Positions 1 to 8,764 of a stretch of 64,000 bases of DNA are shown here, piece after piece. How positions within the stretch are numbered: position 1 is the first letter of the stretch; the number at the start of each line of letters is the position of its first letter. The position numbers and the translations under genes are program-made. Source of the stretch: Candidatus Heimdallarchaeota archaeon (lineage in GTDB: Archaea > Asgardarchaeota > Heimdallarchaeia > JABLTI01); the NCBI GenBank assembly GCA_018238155.1, contig JABCTZ010000019.1, positions 32,001 to 96,000 on the forward strand. Direction: 5' to 3'. Below the pieces are notes generated by a model. It did no database searches and was not told where the DNA came from. It saw only the letters and a list, made by a program, of their open reading frames with translations.

Positions 1-162
1 AGTTCAACAATAATACAACTGAAAACTAATATTTTTATTGTATTCAAAGCAGTAAATCAAAAGAGTATCTTTGTAGGTTTAAGCAAAAAACGACCAAAAC
101 TAGGTCAAATGCTTATTGAATCAGATCAAATCGTAGAAGTATTGAGGAAATCAATGAGTTAA
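1..162 (+). CDS. 3' part of probable roadblock/LC7 (MglB/LAMTOR-like) domain protein, truncated by window edge
   Basis: Frame 1 is open from base 1 to TAA at 160-162: SSTIIQLKTNIFIVFKAVNQKSIFVGLSKKRPKLGQMLIESDQIVEVLRKSMS. The three beta-strand pattern followed by an LG-helix is typical of roadblock C-termini. Not in the ORF track. Confidence 0.5.
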   Translation, partial: SSTIIQLKTNIFIVFKAVNQKSIFVGLSKKRPKLGQMLIESDQIVEVLRKSMS

Positions 163-168
163 GAAAAA

Positions 169-993
169 CTAGATTTCTCCTTTGAAGATTGTTCCAAACT
201 CTTCTTGTTTGAGAATTTCTAATTCTGGGAGATCTATAGATATTTCTTCCATTATTCTTCTTCTTATTTTTCCCAATAATGCATTTTCTAAAATTCTCCG
301 TGAGAGATGTATGTAGGGTATCTTGCTTAAATGCAAGTTGTGTAGAGATTCGTAATCAATATCACCAAAGATTATAGCATTAATTTTTGTTTTCTCTTTA
401 ATCTTGTAGATGATATCCTTGTTAGTAATTTCATTAAAAAGTGCTACGCCTTTAATAGACGATTGATCGTACCCTGAATATCTAAAGGGACATTCTAATT
501 GTTGATACAGAAGTTGAACCAAATCTTTTAACTTTATTTTGGTTTTCCTCTCACCATACCTACAAACAATTTTTCTATTATTGTGTAAATTATCGATGAA
601 GTCAATCTCTATTTTATGGCGATAATCGAAATTAAGCATACTTAAGAAATAGTCAAAACCACCTTGCTCTGAAAATAACCAGCCCTCACCAAATGAATAA
701 ACAGCAATTTTATTCCTAATTAGATTTTGTAATAAATCCATTTTAATTGGTGGTATTTCAATCGAATCGCTCTTTGTAAAAGAGGGGGGGTATATGGTGA
801 TGATAATTTTCGCATTATCTTTCATAGCAGTAGCAATAACTTTTCGTGTTAAATGGGCTGCGATAAGACACTTTCGTATATTTGTTTTTGAAAGTCTAAT
901 CCATTCTCCACCCAAGATTACTCCGCTAGTTTGACTATCTTTTGAGCTTGATTCGCCTTTCATTTTATCTAATAATGTAAATATTTGAGACAT
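169..993 (-). CDS. NIF3/DUF34-like protein with degenerate metal-binding motifs
   Basis: Layout matches Nif3 (SGVILG, KCLIAAHLT, AKIIITIYPP, IAVYS, IIFGDI..E), but the His ligands are replaced. Confidence 0.6.
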   Translation of the reverse strand: MSQIFTLLDKMKGESSSKDSQTSGVILGGEWIRLSKTNIRKCLIAAHLTRKVIATAMKDNAKIIITIYPPSFTKSDSIEIPPIKMDLLQNLIRNKIAVYSFGEGWLFSEQGGFDYFLSMLNFDYRHKIEIDFIDNLHNNRKIVCRYGERKTKIKLKDLVQLLYQQLECPFRYSGYDQSSIKGVALFNEITNKDIIYKIKEKTKINAIIFGDIDYESLHNLHLSKIPYIHLSRRILENALLGKIRRRIMEEISIDLPELEILKQEEFGTIFKGEI

Positions 994-1222
994 TTTCTAC
1001 ACAGCTTTATCTTTAAACAACAATCAAATGATTTCTAATTAGATGTTAACTTCTTCTTTTTTTAAGGTTTCATGATGGGCAGAGGTAACTGAAAGAAATA
1101 TAGTAAAAAAAGTAGTTTTTTATCATTGAGAAATCTTAAAAGAGCTAAAGTTTATATTTAAATTTCGAGGTCACTAGTAACTCGGATAAAAAAAAAGCAT
1201 CCATTTGGAAGTAGTTTAAAAC

Positions 1223-2650
1223 ATGACTGAAAATCCTTTGCATAAATTTTTCCAAGCGAAGAGTATGGCTATTTTTGGTGCATCTGTTTCTAAGGATAAA
1301 CCAGGTTTTGTTATTGCTGAAAATTTTATTAATAATTTTAATGGCAAAACAATCTTAGTCAATCCCAAAGGAGGAGAGATATTAGGACATCCTGTTTTCA
1401 AATCCTTAGAAGAAGTAGAGGACACAGTTGAAGCTGCAATAATTATCGTTCCTGCGAAATATGTCCCAGCTGCAATGGAAGATTGCGCTAAAAAGGGAGT
1501 AAAATCTGTTACGATAATATCTGGCGGTTTTAAGGAAATCGGTGAAGAAGGAATTAAATTACAACAACGCATTGATACTATTGCCAAAGAACATGATATC
1601 AGAATTATCGGACCAAATTGTATTGGTTTGTTCTATCCTAAAAGAGGATTAGATATGGTTTTCTTACCTGAGGAAAAACTAAAAAGGCCAACAGAAGGAG
1701 GAATATCAATTCTGTCACAAAGTGGCGCATTTGGTTCTGCATTCCTAGATGTTATGGGTTCATTGGGAAAAGGTAATTACCTCTCAAAATTTATTAGCTT
1801 TGGAAATGCTTCAGATATCAATGAGGCAGATATACTCGAGTATTTTGGTGAAGACCCTGAAACAAAAGTCATTCTTATTTATCTTGAAGGATTTAAGAAT
1901 GGACGAAAATTCATAGAAACAGCACGTAAAGTTTCATTAAAGAAACCGATTATTGCAATAAAAGCCAATAGGACAGAAGCTGGAGCACAAGCGGTTGCAA
2001 GTCATACTGCTTCTTTAGCAGCGAATGATGATGTCACAGATGCTCTTTTCAAAGAAGCAGGAATTATAAGAGCATACACTTGGGATGATCTATTTGATTG
2101 TATGAAAGCATTCAATAGCACATTATTACCTAATGGAAATCAAGTTATTGTGATCACTGATGGAGGAGGTGCAGGAGTGATGGCTTCAGATGCTATTGGA
2201 ATGTTAGGTCTTGAGTTAGCTGATTTATCTCCTGAGATTGAAAAGAAAATGAAGGAAGATTTACCACCATATTTCTCTGTTGCGAATCCTATTGATTTAA
2301 CCGGAAGTGCTACAGCAAAAGAATATCTATATGCTTTGGAACAAACAATAAACGATCCTGCAGTAGATGCAATTACTTATATTATCATACCAACCCCCCC
2401 CGCAATAAATGTAAAAGAATTGATGGACGGATTGAAACCATATGCAAAAACCATCAATAAAACAGTTACTTTCTGTGCTATTGGTGGAGAAGAAGCCGCT
2501 TATATTCGAGAAGAATTAGAGCAAATGAATTTTCCCTTTTTCCCAACACCGGCAAGAGCGGTTTATGCAATTGATAAATTAGCTGAATATGCAGATTATC
2601 TGCGAACCCATGGGCAAAAATTGCCTGTTATTAGGGAGATACCAAAATAA
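1223..2650 (+). CDS. acdA: ADP-forming acyl-CoA synthetase (ACD) alpha subunit
   Basis: CoA-binding domain (GAS, VNPK, ISGGFKE, RIIGPNCIG), SQSGA, SFGN, phospho-His motif SHTASLA, NPIDLTG. Confidence 0.93.
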   Translation: MTENPLHKFFQAKSMAIFGASVSKDKPGFVIAENFINNFNGKTILVNPKGGEILGHPVFKSLEEVEDTVEAAIIIVPAKYVPAAMEDCAKKGVKSVTIISGGFKEIGEEGIKLQQRIDTIAKEHDIRIIGPNCIGLFYPKRGLDMVFLPEEKLKRPTEGGISILSQSGAFGSAFLDVMGSLGKGNYLSKFISFGNASDINEADILEYFGEDPETKVILIYLEGFKNGRKFIETARKVSLKKPIIAIKANRTEAGAQAVASHTASLAANDDVTDALFKEAGIIRAYTWDDLFDCMKAFNSTLLPNGNQVIVITDGGGAGVMASDAIGMLGLELADLSPEIEKKMKEDLPPYFSVANPIDLTGSATAKEYLYALEQTINDPAVDAITYIIIPTPPAINVKELMDGLKPYAKTINKTVTFCAIGGEEAAYIREELEQMNFPFFPTPARAVYAIDKLAEYADYLRTHGQKLPVIREIPK

Positions 2651-3370
2651 TTGGAGGAAAACAAATTGGCAGATACAAAAAATATACCAGAACCATTTGC
2701 TACAGCATATAAAGAAGGACGCTCTTTTCTATTAGAGCATGAAGCCCTCAAAGTTTTTGAAAACGTTGGAATTGTTTTCCCACCGAACATGCTTGCAAAT
2801 AATGTTGATGAAGCAGTGACTTTTGCTAAGGAAATTGGTTTTCCCGTTGTAATTAAAGCAATGTCACCAAAAATTCTACACAAGTCAGACTATCACGCAG
2901 TGGTTATTGGTATTGATTCTGAAGTAGCACTAGAGAACCAATTTAATGATATGAAATCACGTTTGAAAAAACATGATTTAGTTGGTATTCTTGTTGAAAA
3001 GCAAGTGAAGAAAGGTACGGAAATTCTAATTGGAATGAATATCGATCCAACTTTTGGTCCTGTTGTTGCATTTGGTATTGGAGGAATCCTAGTTGAAGTA
3101 ATAAGTGATGTTTCATTTAGATTGTGTCCAACAACAAAACAACGTGCTTTACGTTTGATTAGTGATATAAAAACGCAAAAAATGCTCAATGGATTTAGAG
3201 GATTACCTCCAGTAGATAGAGAGCCATTAGCTGAAATGATTGTTAAAGTATCCCAAATAGCTGTTGACTTAGACAAATATATCAAAGAAATTGATTTGAA
3301 TCCTGTAATAGCCAATGAGGATGGCATATTTGGCGTAGATGCGAGAATAATTCTAAAAAAACTCGATTAA
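2651..3370 (+). CDS. acdB: ADP-forming acyl-CoA synthetase beta subunit (ATP-grasp)
   Basis: IGFPVVIK, HKSD, DPTFGPVVAFGIGG, EIDLNP, VDARI; TTG start abuts the acdA stop. Confidence 0.92.
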   Translation: MEENKLADTKNIPEPFATAYKEGRSFLLEHEALKVFENVGIVFPPNMLANNVDEAVTFAKEIGFPVVIKAMSPKILHKSDYHAVVIGIDSEVALENQFNDMKSRLKKHDLVGILVEKQVKKGTEILIGMNIDPTFGPVVAFGIGGILVEVISDVSFRLCPTTKQRALRLISDIKTQKMLNGFRGLPPVDREPLAEMIVKVSQIAVDLDKYIKEIDLNPVIANEDGIFGVDARIILKKLD

Positions 3371-3373
3371 TTC

Positions 3374-4456
3374 TCACTTCTTCCCTTTTCTTCTTTTTTT
3401 ATCCGGTTCTTTGTAGTTGTTTAGAAATTCATATACTTCTTTCATTAGAATTGATGGTTGAAGAATCGGTATTTCCACTGTTGGTTTGAAATCATTTTCC
3501 TCGGATTTAGATAAGAAACATCTCATTTCATTTTTTGTTAAAGAATCACTAACAAAAGCTCTACTTAAATTCTTTAATCTATGAGCATTTGACAGCTGCT
3601 CAAAATTATTAGTATGTGGTATCATCCAAATATTTTTCTTTGCTATACATGCTTCCCAAGCTAAATTGAACCCTGCATTACCAATAACGTTTTTACATGA
3701 AGTTAAATCTTTAAGAAATCCATCTCGAGATGTCTTCTTAAAGAAAACGTTGTTGCATTTTTCATTAATATTAAATCCATAAACATAAAATATTTCTCCT
3801 GGAAATGTTGATAAAACTTTAATTATTTCATCTTTATCACATCTTGCAAGATACACTAGATTGTGCTTTTCATAAGTGATTTTAAGATCATTAAATTCAG
3901 ATTTCCAAATTAAAGGAAAAAGGCTGTGGTTGTCTACCGCTTGAATTTTATTAACAAAGTCAATTGAAAAACAATGAGAAAAATATGGTGCCATTATCCG
4001 TATAGCAAATTTCATTCCCATTTTTAGAATATTTTTTGCCGGAGCTTCATCATTCGCCGGATGAAAAAGAGATTGCTGATGATCAATACAAACAACGGGT
4101 TTTTTTAAAATCCTACCAACAACCGAAGATGTTGGTTCAAAATCAGTAAAGATTACATCATATTTCTCTGCATTAGTGATTTCTAAGAGGTCTCTTCTAC
4201 TTCTAGTTAGCTTGCCCATTGACCCTAAATTCACTTGTAATGTTTTTGAGACATCCACTTTGTTATCCTTATACATATCAATCGGACCGAGGCGATAAAA
4301 AGCCACAGGAGCAATATCATATGCATATTTTGGAGGTTCCTTTCCTGAAAAAAGGACATGTACTTCATGACCATCTTTCATTAACTCATTAATAATGACC
4401 CTAGAGCGATTAATATGTCCTTGACCATTTGTATTGATGCCATAAAGAATTTTCAT
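3374..4456 (-). CDS. GT-B glycosyltransferase (MJ1255/VC2487-like, GT28-related)
   Basis: MKILYGINTNGQGHINRS, TDFEP, IDHQ, GNAGF..WEA, P...FEQ..NA motifs. Confidence 0.85.
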   Translation of the reverse strand: MKILYGINTNGQGHINRSRVIINELMKDGHEVHVLFSGKEPPKYAYDIAPVAFYRLGPIDMYKDNKVDVSKTLQVNLGSMGKLTRSRRDLLEITNAEKYDVIFTDFEPTSSVVGRILKKPVVCIDHQQSLFHPANDEAPAKNILKMGMKFAIRIMAPYFSHCFSIDFVNKIQAVDNHSLFPLIWKSEFNDLKITYEKHNLVYLARCDKDEIIKVLSTFPGEIFYVYGFNINEKCNNVFFKKTSRDGFLKDLTSCKNVIGNAGFNLAWEACIAKKNIWMIPHTNNFEQLSNAHRLKNLSRAFVSDSLTKNEMRCFLSKSEENDFKPTVEIPILQPSILMKEVYEFLNNYKEPDKKRRKGKK

Positions 4457-4546
4457 ATGAAACAGCTATTACGAGGAAATATTTAAAGGATTACACAAAG
4501 TTTACGATTTACAATTAGATGAAAATCTTTCCTAGGTGTTTTTCTA

Positions 4547-6364
4547 TTGTCAAATAAGGATCTTGATACTGCTCGACTTTTAATTACTAAATATGGTTTG
4601 GAAAATGCTGTTCACCATAATGGTACTGCTAACGAGAAATCGGTTATGCAAAAAATAATGGCAACTCATCCTGAAATGAGAAAACTTTCCAAACAAATTA
4701 GCAATCTTATCGAAGAAATGGTTCCAATAATTAATGATCTTTCAACCAAAGAACAACAAGAACAGCTTTCAGAAATTGCTCCGGAACTGCTTGCAAAAAA
4801 AGAGTCTCAAAAAAGAATACGAGAGTTACCACCATTAAAAGATGCAGTGGATGGCAAAGTAATCACTCGTTATGCCCCCGAACCAAATGGTGAGATGCAT
4901 TTAGGTCATGCGTATACTGCTTTCTTTGCAGATTACTATGCTAAGAAATATCGTGGAACATTTGTCTTACGGTTTGAGGATACAAATCCAAAACAAGAAC
5001 GGGTAGAATATATGGATGCTCATCGAGAAGATTTGGATTGGTTAGGATTAGAGCCTACTAAGGAAGTAATCGTTTCAAATGATATGCTTGTTTTTTACGA
5101 AAAAGCAGTTGAGCTTATTGAGAAGAACTATGCATACACATGTATCTGTTCCGTTGATAAAATGAGAACATTGCGTGGAGAAATGAAATCTTGTGAACAC
5201 TCTAAGAATAATTCAACAGATACAATGAATGATTGGAAGAAAATGCTCGCAGGAGATTATAATGAGGGTGAAATAGTCTTGCGCTTAAGAAGCGATATGG
5301 AGAATAAAAATGCAGTAATGAGAGATCCGGCTATTTTCGCAATTAGAAAGGGAGATCATTGTCTCCAAGGAGAGAAATATTCCCTATGGCCACTATATGA
5401 TTTTGCTGTTGCAGTTGAGGATAATTTGTGTGGAATAACACATGTAGGGCGTAGTGCCGAATTTGATTCTAGAATTGAATTACAAAACAAAATACGTGAA
5501 TTATTAGGTTTACTACCACACCCTGACATTTTCCACTATGCGCGATTCAATGTTTTAGGTAGCCCCGCATCTAAGAGAAAAATCAAGCCTTTAGTAGAAG
5601 AAGGTAAAGTAGAGGGTTGGGATGATATTCGTTTAGTAACAATTAAAGGAATGAAGAAAAGAGGTATTGTTCCCGAGGCTATTAAACAAGTGATAAAAGA
5701 AGTAGGAATGACTACTCAACCAACAAATATCGATTGGAGCCTCCTAACAGCTACAAATAGGAAGATAATTGATTCATCATCTAATCGGTATTTCTTCGTA
5801 TCTGAACCAGTTGTTATCTATATTGAGGGTGCTCCTGAAAACAGAATCAGTAAAATGTTGCTACATCCTGATGATGCTAAGAGAGGTTCTAGGAAAATAA
5901 CAACAAATGGTCTTTTCTTAATTGATCAATCTGATTATGAAAATATGAAAGTAAATGATGAATTTAGACTAAAAGATCTTTACAATGTAAAATTGATTAA
6001 TAAGAAAATCAATCCTAATAAAATTGATTCTGTGAAAATAAGTGAAGAATTGAAATCTTTTCTGAAGCAATTTCCTGTACATTGTATTGGGAAATACTCT
6101 GGTGAAGAATTGAAACCCGGTCCAAAAATTCAATGGGTTGTTGCAGATGCTAAACAAACTGTTCTAGTTGAAGTAAAGGTGCCTGGTGTCTTATTCATTG
6201 ATGGCACATTCAACGAAAATAGTTTGAAAATTGAAACTGGTTATGCAGAAGCTGGTGTTGCAAAATTATTGCCTGATACTATAGTACAATTTGAAAGATA
6301 CGGTTTTGTTAGAGTAGATAAAGCAACCAAGAGCAAAATCTTTGTCAATCTTGCACACAAATAA
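4547..6364 (+). CDS. gltX: Glutamate--tRNA ligase, archaeal type
   Basis: TRYAPEPNG-HLGH (HIGH), LRFEDTNP, YTCIC, WPLYDFA, SKR, GWDDIRL, QFERYGF. Confidence 0.96.
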   Translation: MSNKDLDTARLLITKYGLENAVHHNGTANEKSVMQKIMATHPEMRKLSKQISNLIEEMVPIINDLSTKEQQEQLSEIAPELLAKKESQKRIRELPPLKDAVDGKVITRYAPEPNGEMHLGHAYTAFFADYYAKKYRGTFVLRFEDTNPKQERVEYMDAHREDLDWLGLEPTKEVIVSNDMLVFYEKAVELIEKNYAYTCICSVDKMRTLRGEMKSCEHSKNNSTDTMNDWKKMLAGDYNEGEIVLRLRSDMENKNAVMRDPAIFAIRKGDHCLQGEKYSLWPLYDFAVAVEDNLCGITHVGRSAEFDSRIELQNKIRELLGLLPHPDIFHYARFNVLGSPASKRKIKPLVEEGKVEGWDDIRLVTIKGMKKRGIVPEAIKQVIKEVGMTTQPTNIDWSLLTATNRKIIDSSSNRYFFVSEPVVIYIEGAPENRISKMLLHPDDAKRGSRKITTNGLFLIDQSDYENMKVNDEFRLKDLYNVKLINKKINPNKIDSVKISEELKSFLKQFPVHCIGKYSGEELKPGPKIQWVVADAKQTVLVEVKVPGVLFIDGTFNENSLKIETGYAEAGVAKLLPDTIVQFERYGFVRVDKATKSKIFVNLAHK

Positions 6365-6545
6365 TCAAACCAAAATTTCAAACCAGTGCTTTCCTTGACT
6401 TAGCTAGGGAATGCTTTATTTAATAAAGGTATTAATACTAAGATGCTCAATTACCAATTGTAGAAAGAAATCACTTTGGATATAAATGGCGGGATAAAAA
6501 ACGGACCCTTGGATTATATTTATAATAATATTTTGTATTACACTA

Positions 6546-7769
6546 TTGATTATTATTATTGCTTCTATAAGAAGAAAGAAGGGAAAAGACAAGAAAACAC
6601 CAACTAAAACAATTCAAGCTTATCTTGAATATGGTGATTTTGTGTCTGCTGGAAGTTTGTATTTGAAACAGAATAAACATGTTGAAGCTTCTAATCTCTA
6701 CTTTCAAATACCTCCTGAAAAAAGACCAAGTTATGAATCAATGATCGTTCAAAAACTAGGGCAACAAGGAGCCCAATTTTTTTGGATTAAAACAGGAAGA
6801 CGATTTGAACGCTCTAATCCTGAAAGAGCACAGATTTCCTTTTTACTTGCAAACGCTTATTTTGATGTCGTGAAAATGTATATTGATACAAATGACGTTT
6901 CTCGAGCAATTAATATTGTAACAAATAATATGCCTGTCAATCTTCGTGCTGGAACTGTAAGAAGATTAGCTCAATATGCTTTCAATAGAGGGAAGTATAC
7001 TATCGCTGGTGATCTTCTAAGAGCTATTAACTTAGGTGAGGAAGCAGATGCTATCCTCGCAGTAGCTGCTCATGAATATGGCGCAATTGAACGCCCACAA
7101 GTTGCTGCAGATATTTATGACTCGGTGGGACGACAAGATTTAGCCGGTGCTTCACAAGAACGTCAAGGTGAAATAGCTTTATCTGAAGGGCGTATTGAAG
7201 CAGCTAAATCTGCTTTTAAGAAAGCTGTAGAAGGTTATGATGGCTCTAATAAACCAAAAGATGCTCTGCGAGTGGAACAAAATTTAGAAAAGTTCGATTT
7301 ACTAGACCGTTTTAGAGAATACGTTACAAAAGGGCAAGTAGATAATGCTGAAGACATGATTGATGCAATATCCTCCAGTTTCCCTGGAATTGCAATTTCT
7401 GATTTATATGCCGAAATTGCTTCCGTTTTGGAGAAAAGCAATCGTACTACTGATGCTATTACATATTATGATAAAGCTGCAGATTCAACAAATAATCCAA
7501 TTAAGAGACAAAGCTATGTAAATTCTCTGCGCAGAATAGGATCACAAATTGCTGCTGAGCCTTCTAAAGGAGAAACTATTGCTACTGAAGATTTCTCAGA
7601 TAGATGTATTGTTTGTAGAGGTTTGATCCGCAAAGGAGATTCATATGTTCTGTGCCCCAATTGCAAGAAACCTGCTCATTACTCGCACTTTCTTGAATTT
7701 GTTAAAGTACGTGGTGTTTGTCCAAACTGTAATATACCTTTGAAGACAGACGATTTAAAAAACGAGTAA
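6546..7769 (+). CDS. Membrane-anchored alpha-helical repeat (solenoid) protein with C-terminal RING-like zinc finger
   Basis: N-terminal hydrophobic stretch then RRKKGK; repeated A..LY/A..IY/YY.KAA helical motifs; C-terminal CIVC-x12-CPNC-x4-HYSH-x10-CPNC. The true start is uncertain (see findings). Confidence 0.75.
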   Translation: MIIIIASIRRKKGKDKKTPTKTIQAYLEYGDFVSAGSLYLKQNKHVEASNLYFQIPPEKRPSYESMIVQKLGQQGAQFFWIKTGRRFERSNPERAQISFLLANAYFDVVKMYIDTNDVSRAINIVTNNMPVNLRAGTVRRLAQYAFNRGKYTIAGDLLRAINLGEEADAILAVAAHEYGAIERPQVAADIYDSVGRQDLAGASQERQGEIALSEGRIEAAKSAFKKAVEGYDGSNKPKDALRVEQNLEKFDLLDRFREYVTKGQVDNAEDMIDAISSSFPGIAISDLYAEIASVLEKSNRTTDAITYYDKAADSTNNPIKRQSYVNSLRRIGSQIAAEPSKGETIATEDFSDRCIVCRGLIRKGDSYVLCPNCKKPAHYSHFLEFVKVRGVCPNCNIPLKTDDLKNE

Positions 7770-7819
7770 TCGCTACTTTAAAATTCATTATTTCTATTTC
7801 ATACTGCGGTTGTTGTATT

Positions 7820-8725
7820 TTGTCCAAAATTAATGCAGAAATATTAGCTACTAAAATAGCAAAGAATTATGATTATGCCTTAAAGTTAAAAGAAGATGAT
7901 ATTAGATCTCTCCTAGCAAAAATTCGTTATTTGCTAAAAAAACAACCTCTTTGTAAAAGAATTAAAACAGGAACTGTTTTAGCTGTAGGAGACATACATG
8001 GTGATTTCAATATGTTGAAAAAAGTAATCACTATTTTTCAAAAGGACAAACAAATTGATCATCTCATTTTCCTTGGAGATATTGTGGATAGGGGTTCTAA
8101 ATCAATTGCCTGTCTGAATCTGATTTTTGCATTAATTATAACACAACCGGATAGAGTTCATTTTCTTCGAGGAAATCATGAAGCAATTACTGTGAACTCT
8201 CGGTATGGTTTTGCAGATGACATTCAAGCATTTGGTGCAGATGAGAATTTATATTTGCTTTTTAATTATGTTTTTAGTGAACTTTCTTTAACACTCGTCC
8301 ATGAAGAACAAAAGATATTTTATGTTCACGGTGGAATTCCAATAAAACCTTGCTTACTAGAAGATATAGATAAACTTCCAAAAGGGGATATGCAGCTAAA
8401 TAACAAAACCATCAAACAATTACTTTGGAATGATCCTAAGAATGAAATTTCACAATACGAATATAGCATAAGAGGAGAAGGAATCTTCAACTATGGTTTA
8501 GAGCTTGTAGAGGAATTTCTAAAAATGAACAATTTAGAAATGATAGTAAGAGCTCACGAAGCGTTTTCTGATGGCTACAAATATTTCTTTGAAAAGAAAG
8601 TCCTAAGTGTCTTCACATCTGAAGAGTATTATGAATATATTAGTGCGAAAATTGCTTTTATTGATGAAAAAAGACAGATAAAGATTTTCCATCCAAGCGA
8701 TTACGAAAATGCTACAATAAGGTAA
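7820..8725 (+). CDS. PPP-family Ser/Thr protein phosphatase
   Basis: GDIHG, GDIVDRG, LRGNHE, HGG, LLWNDP, RAHE, SVFTS..Y. Confidence 0.92.
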   Translation: MSKINAEILATKIAKNYDYALKLKEDDIRSLLAKIRYLLKKQPLCKRIKTGTVLAVGDIHGDFNMLKKVITIFQKDKQIDHLIFLGDIVDRGSKSIACLNLIFALIITQPDRVHFLRGNHEAITVNSRYGFADDIQAFGADENLYLLFNYVFSELSLTLVHEEQKIFYVHGGIPIKPCLLEDIDKLPKGDMQLNNKTIKQLLWNDPKNEISQYEYSIRGEGIFNYGLELVEEFLKMNNLEMIVRAHEAFSDGYKYFFEKKVLSVFTSEEYYEYISAKIAFIDEKRQIKIFHPSDYENATIR

Positions 8726-8764
8726 ATCTGTTCTTTGAAAAATAGAGGAAAGAATGGTTTCGGT

